Shown piece by piece: positions 22,499-32,697 of a DNA stretch of 64,000 nt (positions within the stretch are counted from its first letter, which is position 1; every line of letters begins with the position of its first letter). The position numbers and the translations under genes are program-made. The stretch comes from an uncultured Actinomycetes bacterium (GTDB lineage Bacteria; Actinomycetota; UBA4738; JBBDTT01): the NCBI GenBank assembly GCA_963742735.1, contig CAVUMN010000004.1, forward strand, positions 256,001 to 320,000. The letters are read 5' to 3'. Under the pieces are notes generated by a model. It saw nothing but the letters and a program-made list of their open reading frames with translations, was not told the DNA's origin and made no database searches.

Positions 22499-23752
22499 TC
22501 AGTGCAGGGGGTCGCCGGGGCGGGTGGTGATGCCCAGCCGGGACCACCAGTAGTAGGGGCTGGGGGCGGGCTCGTGCCAGCCGGGGAAGAACGGCCCACG
22601 GTCGCGCTCCCAGATCGTGGTGCGCTTCAGGTCGTAGGAGAACGTCCGCATGATGGGCCGCCAGGGCGTGGCGCCCTCCATCCAGGCGTCCTTCGGTTCG
22701 TTCGGACCGGCCACCGCGAACATGCCCAGGGTCCAGTCCTCGTAGAAGGTGTGGTCGTCGGGCCCCAGGGTGATCGGCATGTAGGAGAACCACCGGTAGC
22801 TGAACTTCTCCAGCCGGGTGATCAGCTGCTGAGCGCCCTTCCCCTTCGTGTCGGCCAGGGCGACCGCGAGCAGCCTGACCGCGTCGTAGCCCTGCTGCTC
22901 CAGGCCCATCGGCAGGCGCCCGTACGCCGCGCGGAACGCCGCCCGGAACCCCCGGACCCGCTTGATCGGCTCCGCCCACCCCGACCAGGCATACGACTCC
23001 ACCACGACCGTCCCCGGAGCCATGTCCAGGTCCGGCGGCTCCTCCAGGAGCTCGTTCGTCGCGAGGACCTGCTGTCCGGGGCTCCCACCGGTCGGAAGCT
23101 GCGACGGATCCCCGATGACGACGATGGGGTATCCAGGCGGGTAGGCCGGCTCCGCGGGCGAGGCCCCGATGCCCTCCTCCGCCGCCGCGGAGACCCACGC
23201 CGCTCGGCCCTCCTCCTGTGCCTGGGGGTCCATCACGACGGTCGCCGCCGCCTTGTCCTGGACGGACAGGTACTTCGCGATCACCCGGGCCTGCCACAGC
23301 AGGGGGTGGCTGGCCTGGAAGACGTTCGAGTACAGGTCGCGGGTCGTGTACAGGTCGCCGCCCAGGAGCACGACGGGGACCTTCGTCGGCTCCAGCTCGG
23401 CCCGAACGTCGCGCAGCGCCTTGCCCGGTCCGGCGTACAGGACGGCGGCCGCGTCCTCGGCTGCGGTCAGGATCGACTCGCCGGCCCGCGCGGCGTTGCC
23501 GCCGTCGTCGACCACGCTGAGCGCGATCCGGATGGGGGCCGGCCCGCGATTGACCTGGTCCACGGCGAGGCGGGCCGCGTCCAGGAACTGCGTGTCGGCC
23601 GGGTCGTCGAGAGTCCCCACGAAGACCACGGACGCGGTGGGGCCGGCCTTGACGCTCGGGGAGCCGAACGAGGGGTCCGGGATCGGATCCGCCGGCGACG
23701 TGCAGGCGCCGAGGACCAGGGTGATCAGGACGACGGCGGCGGCGCGGCGCAC
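22499..23752 (-). CDS. ABC transporter substrate-binding lipoprotein (type 1 PBP, LivJ-like)
   Basis: Lipobox LGAC, ARLAVDQVN, DDGGN, QGYDAVRLL. Confidence 0.7.
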   Translation of the reverse strand: MRRAAAVVLITLVLGACTSPADPIPDPSFGSPSVKAGPTASVVFVGTLDDPADTQFLDAARLAVDQVNRGPAPIRIALSVVDDGGNAARAGESILTAAEDAAAVLYAGPGKALRDVRAELEPTKVPVVLLGGDLYTTRDLYSNVFQASHPLLWQARVIAKYLSVQDKAAATVVMDPQAQEEGRAAWVSAAAEEGIGASPAEPAYPPGYPIVVIGDPSQLPTGGSPGQQVLATNELLEEPPDLDMAPGTVVVESYAWSGWAEPIKRVRGFRAAFRAAYGRLPMGLEQQGYDAVRLLAVALADTKGKGAQQLITRLEKFSYRWFSYMPITLGPDDHTFYEDWTLGMFAVAGPNEPKDAWMEGATPWRPIMRTFSYDLKRTTIWERDRGPFFPGWHEPAPSPYYWWSRLGITTRPGDPLH

Positions 23753-23780
23753 CCATTGAGGGTAGCGCCGGGTGGTCGGT

Positions 23781-24542
23781 TCAGACGTCGGCGGGTTGGG
23801 CGCAGCCCTCGACCGTGGCGGCGAGGAGCGGAGCGGGCTCGCCCTCGTACTCCACGACGGCCAGCCCGAGGTCGTGGACGACCTGTCCGGGGCCGTAGAC
23901 CTCCTGGAAGTCGTCGGCCGCCGCCTCGGAGTCGAACAGGAACACGAACACCAGGTCGTCGGCCTGGGTGACCCGCAGGCTCGTGACGGGAAGCTCGTGG
24001 GCGGTGGAGATGTCCTCGACCTGGAACCCGGCCTCGGTCAGGCAGATCGCCACGGGCTCGCCCGGGACGACCGGCTCCTCGGTCACGGGCGGCCCGAACT
24101 CCTCGCCCAGGATGCAGCCCTCGACGTCCAGCCGCGCCTGGGCGTCGGGCGGAACCTGGTAGGCGAGCAGGACGTTGTCGAGCTCGAGGGTCAGACCGCC
24201 CGGCGGCTGGAGGCCATCGAACGCCTCCCGGAACTGGGCCGCCGACGACTCGGTCTGGAACACCAGGATCAGGACGGGGTCGCCGTTCGGCAGGTTGGCG
24301 GCCACGGCCGTCGCGTCGGCGGGGGTCGGGAAGTTCGCCGTGGTGAGCGCCACTCCGTTGCCGGTCAGGCATGCCTTGATCTCGCCGGCCGTGCGCAGGC
24401 CGGCCGGGTCGAACGGCAGCACGCCGCCGGATGCCCCGGCGGGTCCGGACTCGCCGAGCACGGCGAGGGTCCCCAGCGTGCTCGCCCCGGCGAACGTCCC
24501 GACGACCAGGACGATCTCGAGCACCCGCCACAGCCGGCGCAT
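23781..24542 (-). CDS. membrane-anchored hypothetical protein with two tandem ~95-aa repeats
   Basis: N-terminal TM; ACLT..G...LVFQTESSAAQF...VEGC and ICLT..G...FLFDSEAAADDF...VEGC; ATG overlaps upstream TGA. Confidence 0.7.
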   Translation of the reverse strand: MRRLWRVLEIVLVVGTFAGASTLGTLAVLGESGPAGASGGVLPFDPAGLRTAGEIKACLTGNGVALTTANFPTPADATAVAANLPNGDPVLILVFQTESSAAQFREAFDGLQPPGGLTLELDNVLLAYQVPPDAQARLDVEGCILGEEFGPPVTEEPVVPGEPVAICLTEAGFQVEDISTAHELPVTSLRVTQADDLVFVFLFDSEAAADDFQEVYGPGQVVHDLGLAVVEYEGEPAPLLAATVEGCAQPADV

Positions 24543-26323
24543 CAGGTGCTCACGTGTTCGGCCAGCTGGGGCTGGATCGCGTCGAACCCGATGTGGCTCC
24601 CCTCGATCTTGTCCTCGCCGCCGGTGCCGAACGAGGTCTTGCTGAAGGGGCACGACGCGGGAGTGCTGCCGCTGTGGGTGACGTCGGAGACGACCTCACC
24701 CGTCCGCGCCGCGACCACGCGGACCCGCCGCTCGAATCGAAGCCGCCGGGTGGGAGGCCCGGGAGCGCCGGAGTCGGTCAGGAAGTACTCGCACAGCTCG
24801 ACCGTGATGGCCTCCTCCTCCTCCACGCAGGCCACCAGCTGGCCGAACCGCGCGGCCATCGGCTCCCACTTCAGCTGCGCGGGCTTGGCGCTCAGCGGCG
24901 ACGCCCCGCCCCTGGCGCCCCCGAGCACCAGCAGGCGCCGGCCGGCGTCGGCGAGCTCGGCGGCCTCGGGCACGCCCCCGCCGCGGCACGCCGCCCCCAG
25001 GACCTTCAGGACGTCGGCCCGGGCAGCGAGCCGTATCGCGCGGTCGGCGAGCTCCGCCCCAAGGCCCCGGAGACCCACGCCGAGCGCGTCCGCGAGCTGG
25101 GCGTCGCTGAGTCCGACCACGCGGATCAACGTCGCGCCGTCGAGCACCGTGGCCTCGAACGTGGAGTCGGTGAGGGTGGCCTCGTTCAGGTTGGCCGCGG
25201 AGAGGTCCGCGCCGGAGAGGCTCGCGCGGGCGAGGTTCGCGCCTCCCAGCGCCGCCCGTGCCATGGAGGCGTCCTGGAGGTTCGCGGCCTGGAGGTTCGC
25301 GCCCTCCAGGTTCGCGTCGTCCAGGGAGGCCCCGGTGAGGTCGGCACCCGCGAGGTTCAGCCCGGCCAGGATTCGCCCCGTCAGGTCCAGGCCGTTCAGG
25401 TGCGCCTCGGCGAGGACGGCGCCCATGAACGTCGAGCCGTCTAGTCCTGCCTCGCGCAGGTCCGCGCCGGTGAGGTCGGCGCCGTCGAAGACGACGTCGG
25501 CCACGTCGGCCCCGCGCAGGTTCGCGTCGTTCAGGCGGGCGTCGCGCAGGTTCGCGTGGCGGAGCTTCACGCCGGACAGCCTGGCCCCGGACAGGTCCGC
25601 GCCGTTCAGGTCGAGCCCGGACAGGTCCACGCCGGTGAGGTCGCACCCGCTCAGGTTGCCGCCGGGCTCGAGCCGGTTCTCGCAGTCGGTGATGACGGTG
25701 AACGCCGAGAACCCCACGACGCCGGCGAGCACCAGCGCAACGGGGACGGTCAGCGCCCGGGAGCCCGCGCCCCGGATCGCGTTGACGATCAGGTACAGGA
25801 GCGGAACGGCGCCGAACGCCGCCGCGGCCCACAGGTAGTCGTGGCTCCCCTCCACGTACGCGAGGACGGCGAACGCCAGCGCGCCGACGATCTCCAGGCC
25901 CAGCAGGATCCGTCGTACGGCCGGCCACCGGTCGCGGCGCGGGGGGCCGGGCTCGGGCGGAGGCGGCGGTGGTGGCGGTGGCGGGGGTGGCGCGGGCATC
26001 GCCACGGGGATCGTCGGGCGCCCTTCGGGCGCTCCGGGAGTCCCCTCGCCCACCCGTCGGGGCTCCGGGGGCGGGAGGTCCCGCGGGGTGAACGAGGCGG
26101 CATCGGGCTCGTCATCGGCCCACGCCGCCTCGAGCTCGGGAGCCGGCTCCTCCGCCGGCTCGTCCGCGGGCTCCTCGGCCTGGTCCCAGGGCGGCGGGCG
26201 CTCCGGCTCGGGCGCGAGCCAGGCCCGCTCGACCTCCTCGCTCGAGAGCGCCAGCATGTTCCCGCAGCGGTTGCACCGCGTCACGCTGGGGTCGTTCTCG
26301 AACCCGCATCGGTTGCAGCGCAC
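24542..26323 (-). CDS. zinc-ribbon / membrane / pentapeptide-repeat protein
   Basis: CNRCG..CNRCG, acidic Pro-rich linker, 3 TMs, long A(D/N)LxG repeat run. Confidence 0.85.
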   Translation of the reverse strand: MRCNRCGFENDPSVTRCNRCGNMLALSSEEVERAWLAPEPERPPPWDQAEEPADEPAEEPAPELEAAWADDEPDAASFTPRDLPPPEPRRVGEGTPGAPEGRPTIPVAMPAPPPPPPPPPPPPEPGPPRRDRWPAVRRILLGLEIVGALAFAVLAYVEGSHDYLWAAAAFGAVPLLYLIVNAIRGAGSRALTVPVALVLAGVVGFSAFTVITDCENRLEPGGNLSGCDLTGVDLSGLDLNGADLSGARLSGVKLRHANLRDARLNDANLRGADVADVVFDGADLTGADLREAGLDGSTFMGAVLAEAHLNGLDLTGRILAGLNLAGADLTGASLDDANLEGANLQAANLQDASMARAALGGANLARASLSGADLSAANLNEATLTDSTFEATVLDGATLIRVVGLSDAQLADALGVGLRGLGAELADRAIRLAARADVLKVLGAACRGGGVPEAAELADAGRRLLVLGGARGGASPLSAKPAQLKWEPMAARFGQLVACVEEEEAITVELCEYFLTDSGAPGPPTRRLRFERRVRVVAARTGEVVSDVTHSGSTPASCPFSKTSFGTGGEDKIEGSHIGFDAIQPQLAEHVST

Positions 26324-26371
26324 GTCAGGGGTTGTAGCAGGACTGTTTCCGGGAAGCCAGCCCCGGCCGAG

Positions 26372-26569
26372 CTACCGGGTGGTGACCTCACCGGGCGCCG
26401 GGGCCACGGTCGGCGCGGGCGGCCTGGTCAGGTCCTCGGAGACCGCCCGCTGGCCGAGATAGGTGACGCCCGCCAGGGACGCCATCAGCAGCACGTACTC
26501 GAGCGCGATGACCAGGGTTCGCCGCAGCCTGGACGGTCCCCGGCGGGGAGGCAGGAGGTTTACGTCCAC
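26372..26569 (-). CDS. small single-TM hypothetical protein
   Basis: RRTLVIALEYVLLMASLAGVTYLG resembles the N-terminus of 23781..24542; overlaps upstream stop. Confidence 0.55.
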   Translation of the reverse strand: MDVNLLPPRRGPSRLRRTLVIALEYVLLMASLAGVTYLGQRAVSEDLTRPPAPTVAPAPGEVTTR

Positions 26570-27171
26570 AGGTTCCCCCGAGTCACGACGAGGCTGGCGC
26601 CGCCGAGCCCAACGGCCAGGATCAGCGCGGCGCCCAGGCGCAGGACCCGGCTCCACCGGCGGGTCCGGGCGGCCCCGACCGCGGAGTAGAGCAGGGGCAG
26701 CGCGCCCGCGGCGAGGGCCGCCCACAGGTAGTCGAGACGTTCGTACCGGGCCGCGATCCCGGCGAAGGCCAGCGCCGCCAGACCCTCCGGCACCAGGACC
26801 ACCCGGCGAAGGACGGGCCACAGGCGTGGCGGCGGCGGCGTGATGTCGCGGAAGACGGCCGGCGACGACGGCTCGAGCCAGTCCGGGCGAGCCTCGGGGT
26901 CCCGGACGCGCGCGCGAAGCGACCCCTTCGGCGCCGCGAGATCGGCCGCGAAGATGACCGGCGGCGGCGAGGCCGTCTCGCGTGGCGGCCCCTCCGTGAA
27001 GAGCGCCGGAGCCCGCCTCACGACGGGATGCCCCGAGCCGCGGACGGCCGCGCGCGTGGCGGCCACCACCGGCCTCGGTCCGGCAACGGCCAGTGAGGTG
27101 CCGCACTCGACGCAGCGCTCTCGCAAGCTGGAGCTCGGGCGGCCACAGATCGGGCAGAAGACTCGTGCCAT
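26560..27171 (-). CDS. zinc-ribbon membrane protein
   Basis: CPICG..CVECG; TM block DYLWAALAAGALPLLY paralogous to 24542..26323. Confidence 0.7.
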   Translation of the reverse strand: MARVFCPICGRPSSSLRERCVECGTSLAVAGPRPVVAATRAAVRGSGHPVVRRAPALFTEGPPRETASPPPVIFAADLAAPKGSLRARVRDPEARPDWLEPSSPAVFRDITPPPPRLWPVLRRVVLVPEGLAALAFAGIAARYERLDYLWAALAAGALPLLYSAVGAARTRRWSRVLRLGAALILAVGLGGASLVVTRGNLWT

Positions 27172-27206
27172 GTCAGCCTGGCTCGAGGATTCGCCCGGCG
27201 ACGGGG

Positions 27207-28712
27207 TCAGTCCTGCTTGCCGGGCTCCGGCCGGAGGTGCGGGAAGACGATCACATCGCGGATGCTCGGCGAGTCAGTGAGGAACATCAGGAGGCGGTCG
27301 ACGCCGAGCCCGAGGCCCCCGGCGGGGGGCATGCCGTGCTCCAGCGCGGTCAGGAACTCCTGATCGAACGGGTGGGTCTCCTCGGCGCCGGCGGCCTGCT
27401 GCTCCATCTGCATCTCGAACCGCGCGCGCTGCTCGTCCGGGTCGTTGAGCTCGGAGTAGACCGGGGCGATCTCGACGCCGCCCATGATCACGTCGAAGTG
27501 CTCGGTGAGCTCGGGGTCGGACCGGTGCGTCCGCGCCAGCGGGGAGACCTCGCGTGGGAAGTCCTTGACGATCGTTGGCTGGAACAGCTCGCGCTCGACG
27601 AGCTTTTCGAACAGCTCCACCAGCAGCTTGCCGGGGCCCCAGGCCGGGTCGTAGCTCACACCCACCCGGTCCGCGATCGCCCGCAGACCCTCCGCGCCGG
27701 TGTGGACCGAGACCTCCTCGCCGACGGCCTCGCCGACGAGCTCGGCGATCGTGGCCCGCCGCCAGGGCGTCTCCAGGTCCAGCTCGCGGCCCTGGTAGTC
27801 GAACTTCAGCGTCCCGCGGACGGCCAGGGCGGCGTCCTTCACCAGCGCCTCGATGAGGTCCTCGAAGTCGCCGTAGTCGGCGTAGGCCTGGTAGGCCTCG
27901 AGCATCGTGAACTCGGGGTTGTACTTGGTCGAGACCCCCTCGTTGCGGAACGTCCGGCCGATCTCGTAGACGCGCTCCAGGCCGCCGACCAGCAGCCGCT
28001 TGAGGAACAGCTCCGGCGCGATCCGCAGGTACATGTCGATGTCCAGCGCGTCGTGGTGGGTGACGAACGGACGAGCCAGGCCGCCGCCGGGGACCGACTG
28101 CAGGATCGGCGTCTCGACCTCCACGAACCCCCGAGAGTCCAGCGTCTTCCGCAGCGAGGCGAGCACCTTCGCCCGGGCCCGGACGACCTCGCGGCTCTCG
28201 AGGTTCGCCGCCAGGTCCAGGTACCGCTGGCGGTGGCGGGCCTCGGCGTCGCGCAGCCCGTGCCACTTCTCGGGCATGGGGCGCAGGGACTTCGCCAGCA
28301 GGACCACCTGGTCGGCCTTGACGCTGACCTCGCCCTTCTTGGTCTTCACCACGGGCCCGCCGGCGCCGACGACGTCGCCCAGGTCGAGCTCTTCGTCGAG
28401 CTCCGCCAGGCGGTCCGCGCCGAGCGCGTCCGCCGTCAGGAACAGCTGCAGGTCGCCGGACCGGTCCCGGATGACGGCGAACGCGAGCTTCCCGTGGCTG
28501 CGGAACATGACCAGCCGGCCGGCCACGGACCGTCGCTCGGCCGTCTCCGCGCCATCCGCCAGGGAGTCGAACTCGGCCAGGACGTCGGCTGCATCTGCGT
28601 CCTTCGGGAAGGACAGCGCGTAGGGCTCGACGCCCTTGGCCCGAAGCGTGTCGAGCTTCTGCCGGCGGACGGTCAGGACGTCTTGCGGCCCGTCCGTCTC
28701 CTCGTCACTCAT
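27207..28712 (-). CDS. lysS: lysine--tRNA ligase
   Basis: RQRYLDL, YLRIAPELFLKRL, FRNEG, NPEFTMLE, GMPPAGGLGLGVDRL. Confidence 0.97.
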   Translation of the reverse strand: MSDEETDGPQDVLTVRRQKLDTLRAKGVEPYALSFPKDADAADVLAEFDSLADGAETAERRSVAGRLVMFRSHGKLAFAVIRDRSGDLQLFLTADALGADRLAELDEELDLGDVVGAGGPVVKTKKGEVSVKADQVVLLAKSLRPMPEKWHGLRDAEARHRQRYLDLAANLESREVVRARAKVLASLRKTLDSRGFVEVETPILQSVPGGGLARPFVTHHDALDIDMYLRIAPELFLKRLLVGGLERVYEIGRTFRNEGVSTKYNPEFTMLEAYQAYADYGDFEDLIEALVKDAALAVRGTLKFDYQGRELDLETPWRRATIAELVGEAVGEEVSVHTGAEGLRAIADRVGVSYDPAWGPGKLLVELFEKLVERELFQPTIVKDFPREVSPLARTHRSDPELTEHFDVIMGGVEIAPVYSELNDPDEQRARFEMQMEQQAAGAEETHPFDQEFLTALEHGMPPAGGLGLGVDRLLMFLTDSPSIRDVIVFPHLRPEPGKQD

Positions 28713-29490
28713 CCTGACCGACGTTCTTCTCGAAGATGAGGTTCAGGCCCTCCAGGGTGAGCCACGGCTCGTGATGGTCGATCACGTTCGACAACGGCAG
28801 GATGGCCGGGGCCAGCCCGCCCGTGGCGATCACGGTGGCGTGGCCGCCGAGCTCCTTCTGCATCCGCTCGACGACGCCGTCCACCTCGGCCGCGGTGCCG
28901 AACAGCATGCCGGACTGCAGCGCCTCCACGGTGTTCTTCCCGATGATCGACCGGGGCTCGGCGAGCTCGATGAGCGGCAAGCGCGCGGTGTGGCCGACCA
29001 GCGCCTCGGCGGAAACCTGCATGCCGGGCGCGATCACGCCGCCCAGGTACTCCCCCTTCTCGCTGACCGCGTCGTAGGTGGTCGCGGTGCCGAAGTCGAC
29101 GACGATCGCCGGGCCGCCGAACTTGGTGAACGCGGCGAGCGCGTTGACGATCCGATCGGCCCCCACCTCGCGAGGGTTGTCGGTCAGGATCGGGATGCCG
29201 GTCCGCGTGCCGGGCTCGACCACCACCGGCTGGAAATGGAAGTAGTCGCGGACCATGGTCCGCAGCGCGGCGGTGGAGGTGGGGACGACGCTCGAGATCA
29301 CCACCCCCGTGATCTGCCGCGAGAAGGACAGGCTCTGCTGTTCGAGGAACCCGCCGAACTGCAGCGCCAGCTCGTCGGCGGTCCGGGTCGGCACGGTCGA
29401 GATCCGCCAGTGCCACGCGAGCTCGCGATCGCGGTCGGTGAAGAGCCCGATCAGGGTCTCGGTGTTCCCGACGTCGACGGCGAGCAGCAC
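28705..29490 (-). CDS. coaX: type III pantothenate kinase
   Basis: DVGNT, GADRIVN, VDFGTATT, IATGG. Confidence 0.95.
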   Translation of the reverse strand: MLLAVDVGNTETLIGLFTDRDRELAWHWRISTVPTRTADELALQFGGFLEQQSLSFSRQITGVVISSVVPTSTAALRTMVRDYFHFQPVVVEPGTRTGIPILTDNPREVGADRIVNALAAFTKFGGPAIVVDFGTATTYDAVSEKGEYLGGVIAPGMQVSAEALVGHTARLPLIELAEPRSIIGKNTVEALQSGMLFGTAAEVDGVVERMQKELGGHATVIATGGLAPAILPLSNVIDHHEPWLTLEGLNLIFEKNVGQDE

Positions 29491-29493
29491 GGG

Positions 29494-29868
29494 CTAGGAG
29501 GCCACCTCGGCATGCATGTTGGGCAGGGGCCGGTTGGACTCGTCCACGCGGACCACCCTCGGCACCCATGCGTTCGCCTCGGCGTCGTCGAGCTCCGAGT
29601 ACGAGACGACGATCACCTTGTCGCCGGGCTGGACCAGTCGCGCCGCGGCGCCGTTGAGACACACGCCGCCCTCGCCGCGCGGTCCCTCGATGGCGTAGGT
29701 GATGAGCCGGTTGCCGTTGTCCACGTCGTACACGTGAACCTGCTCGTGCGGAAGGATGTCCGCCAGCTCCATGAGCACCGGGTCCAGGGTGATCGAGCCC
29801 TCGTACGCGAGGTTCGCGTCGGTGACCGTCGCCCGGTGGATCTTGCCCTTCATCATCGTGCGATTCAT
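29494..29868 (-). CDS. panD: aspartate 1-decarboxylase
   Basis: [16 protein letters not shown] cleavage site, LNGAAAR. Confidence 0.97.
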   Translation of the reverse strand: MNRTMMKGKIHRATVTDANLAYEGSITLDPVLMELADILPHEQVHVYDVDNGNRLITYAIEGPRGEGGVCLNGAAARLVQPGDKVIVVSYSELDDAEANAWVPRVVRVDESNRPLPNMHAEVAS

Positions 29869-30731
29869 CAGCTGTGCCCTCCTTCGTGGGGTAGAGCCAG
29901 GTTGTCGATGAGTCGGATCTCGCCGAACCGCGCGGCCACCAGGGCCCGAGCGGGAGCCGAGATCCTATCCACTTCCTCGAACGTCGCGTCATCGACCACC
30001 GCGACGTAGTCCAAACGCGCGAGGTGCTCCGCGCCGATGCGCTTGGCCATCTCCGCCTTCAACACCCGCGTGTCCCGTTCTCCTTCCCTTGCCAGCCGCT
30101 CCGCGAAGGCCAGGGCCCGGTACAGGCACGGGGCCGCGGCGCGCTGCTCGTCGCTCAAGCGGAGGTTCCGGCTCGACATCGCGACGCCGTCCGGCTCGCG
30201 GACGGTCTCGCATCCGACGACCGTAACCGGCGCGTCGTGCTCGGCCACCATCCGCCGGATCAGGGCCAGCTGCTGCGCGTCCTTCTCGCCGAAGTACGCC
30301 CTGCAGGGCCCCGACAGGTTGAACAGCTTGGTCACGACGGTGGCCACGCCGTCGAAGTGGCCGGGGCGGCTGGCCCCCTCGAGGACGTCGCCGATCGGTC
30401 CGGCGTGAACGGTGACCGACGGTTCGCCGTTCGGGTACATCTCCGCCTCGCTCGGGGTGAACGTGACGTCGGCGCCGGCGTTCTCGGCCAGGCGAAGGTC
30501 GCGCTCCAGCAGGCGGGGGTAGTTCGCCAGGTCCGCAGGGTCCCCGAACTGCAGGGGGTTCACGAAGATCGACAGCGCCACCACGTCGTTCTCCTCGCGG
30601 GCCCGGCGGATCAGGGAGAGGTGGCCGTCGTGCAGGGCCCCCATGGTCGGGACGAAGCCGACGCTGCGCCCGGCGGCGCGGGCCTCGTCGAGCTGCGCTC
30701 GGAGCTTCGGACCGGACTCGATCACATCCAC
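29868..30731 (-). CDS. panC: pantoate--beta-alanine ligase
   Basis: [46 protein letters not shown]. Confidence 0.96.
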   Translation of the reverse strand: MDVIESGPKLRAQLDEARAAGRSVGFVPTMGALHDGHLSLIRRAREENDVVALSIFVNPLQFGDPADLANYPRLLERDLRLAENAGADVTFTPSEAEMYPNGEPSVTVHAGPIGDVLEGASRPGHFDGVATVVTKLFNLSGPCRAYFGEKDAQQLALIRRMVAEHDAPVTVVGCETVREPDGVAMSSRNLRLSDEQRAAAPCLYRALAFAERLAREGERDTRVLKAEMAKRIGAEHLARLDYVAVVDDATFEEVDRISAPARALVAARFGEIRLIDNLALPHEGGHS

Positions 30732-31608
30732 CGCCGAAGCACCTCCTCGACGCGCTTCACGTCCTGCCAGGGAAGCGAGCCGTCCTGGTCGGCGATGCCC
30801 AGGGCGGCACGGGCCAGGGCCACGTAGGCGGGGATCGCCTCCGGCGCACCCTGCTTGAGGGCCTCGAGGTTGCGCTCGATGGTGCCGACGTCGCCGCGCA
30901 CGACCGGACCGGTGAGGGCGGCCGCCGGGCCCTGGCGGATCACGTTCGACAGGGTGGCGATCGCCAGCGGACCCATGGCCGAGCGGGTGTCCTGCACCCC
31001 GGCCGCCGCGAACAGGCGCTCGGCGATGGCCTCCACCGTGGTCAGGTAGTTCGACGCGAAGACCGCGGCCGCGTGGTACAGCGGTTTGTCCTCGGAGCGG
31101 ATCCGGAACGGCCTGCCGCCGGCGTCGCGCGCCAGGCGATCTCCGACCAGGGCAGGTGACTTCGGTCGAGGCCGTGACGGCCATCGAGCACGCCCGGGAT
31201 GCGCTTCAGGCCGGAGTCTCACGTCGGGGATGCTCTGCAGCGGGTGGAGGGCCAGCGGGCTGATCCCCCAATGCGCGGCCGAGGCCAGGACCTCCAGCCC
31301 CAGCGATCCCGAGAGGTGCGCGAGGACCACGCCGCGCTGCAGACCGGTGGAGATCTGCGAACAGACCCCCTGGATCATGTCGTCCGGGACGCCGATCAGG
31401 ATGACCTGGGCGCCCTGCACGGCCTGGCGGGGTGGGAGCACCGGGACGTGTGGCAGGTACATCTCCGGCGCGCGACGGTGTCCGCACGGCCGGAGACGGC
31501 CACGATCCGGTGACCGGCGCGCAGAAGCAGCACGCCGAGCGCGGTTCCGACCCTGCCCGCCCCGATGATGGCGAGGTCGAGCGGATCCTCCAGAAGTCTG
31601 TGTTCGAT
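30722..31608 (-). CDS. Rossmann-like + DUF2520 protein (PanG-type ketopantoate reductase), several apparent indels; start uncertain
   Basis: IIGAGRVGTAL, HLSGS, LHPLQS, LYHAAAVFASNY and LTGPVVRGD pieces spread over different frames; directly upstream of panC. Confidence 0.8.
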
Positions 31609-31611
31609 GGT

Positions 31612-31656
31612 CGTTCCAGTCCTTGAGAGAACGAGGTACCGGACGCCTCGAGTATA
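31612..31656 (-). promoter_or_regulatory. TATACT -10 box followed by a bulged-A leader hairpin before the pan operon
   Basis: TATACT (31656-31651), then CGTCCGGTACC-N12-GGACTGGAACG. Confidence 0.5.
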
Positions 31657-31692
31657 GGCCGAGCGGCGCGTCCCGCGGCCTATGCTGCGCCC

Positions 31693-32694
31693 GTGTTCGA
31701 GCGGTTCTCGGATCGTGCGCGGCGGGCGGTCGTCCTGGCCCAGGAAGAGGCCCGGCTGCTGGACCACAACTACCTGGGGACCGAGCACCTGCTGCTCGGC
31801 CTGATCCACGAGCGCGAGGGCGTCGCCGCGACGTCGCTCGAGGCGCTCGGGGTGAGCCTCGAGGCCGCCCGCCGGGAGGTCGAGGACCTGATCGGCCGGG
31901 GCGCGGGCTCCCCGCCGGGCGACGTCCCGGTCACGCCTCGCACGACCAGGGTCTTCGAGTCCGCGTTCCAGGAGGGGCTCGACCTCGGCCACAACTACAT
32001 CGGGACCGAGCACCTACTGCTGGGGCTCCTCGGCGAGACCGAGGGGGTCGCGGCGCAGGTCCTGGAGACGCTGGGGGTGAGCCTGGACCGGGCCCGCGCC
32101 GCCGTGCTGGCCAACCTGCTACGCGAGCTGCAGGAGCGGACGGGGCAGGCCTCCGGCGACGCCCCCGAGCCGTGGTCTCACGAGGCGATGCACCACGAGG
32201 CCCCGGGCATCGCCGACCAGGAGGGGTTCTCGGCCGAGGGCCGGCACCTGCTCGTCCACGCGCACATCGCCGCCCACCGGCTCGGCCACGAGGGCCTCGC
32301 GCCCGAGCACCTGCTGCTGGCGATGTTCGACATCGCCACCGGGCCGGTGCACGAGGCGATGGGCGACTTCGGCGTCTCGCTCGGTGACGTCCGGGAGCGG
32401 ATCGTCACCGCCACGACGCCGGGCGAGACGACCGCCGACGCCGAGCGCGTCCTCGAACGGGCGAAGGAGCTCGCAAAGGAGCGGGGGCGCTCGGTGACCG
32501 GACCCGGCCACGTGCTGCTGGCCCTCGCGGAGGACCCCGAGGGCCTCCCCGGCCGGGTGCTGGTCGAGCTGGTCGGCAACCCCTCGGCGGTCTCGGTCAT
32601 CGCCGGCAACGCGGCCGCCGCCGAGGGCACCGCCGACGGCGACGAGACCGAGCCCGGCACCGGCGAGGACGTCTGGAGCCGCAGCCGCCTGTAG
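31693..32694 (+). CDS. stand-alone Clp N-terminal repeat protein (no ATPase)
   Basis: N-terminus closely resembles local ClpC ([21 protein letters not shown]); four GTEHLLL/PEHLLL/GHVLL repeats; no Walker A. Confidence 0.85.
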   Translation: MFERFSDRARRAVVLAQEEARLLDHNYLGTEHLLLGLIHEREGVAATSLEALGVSLEAARREVEDLIGRGAGSPPGDVPVTPRTTRVFESAFQEGLDLGHNYIGTEHLLLGLLGETEGVAAQVLETLGVSLDRARAAVLANLLRELQERTGQASGDAPEPWSHEAMHHEAPGIADQEGFSAEGRHLLVHAHIAAHRLGHEGLAPEHLLLAMFDIATGPVHEAMGDFGVSLGDVRERIVTATTPGETTADAERVLERAKELAKERGRSVTGPGHVLLALAEDPEGLPGRVLVELVGNPSAVSVIAGNAAAAEGTADGDETEPGTGEDVWSRSRL

Positions 32695-32697
32695 CGG

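Noticed and set aside
25100-25680. Short-period DNA repeats suggesting a CRISPR or tandem array
   Set aside because: Explained by pentapeptide-repeat coding; no constant repeat with unique spacers and no cas genes
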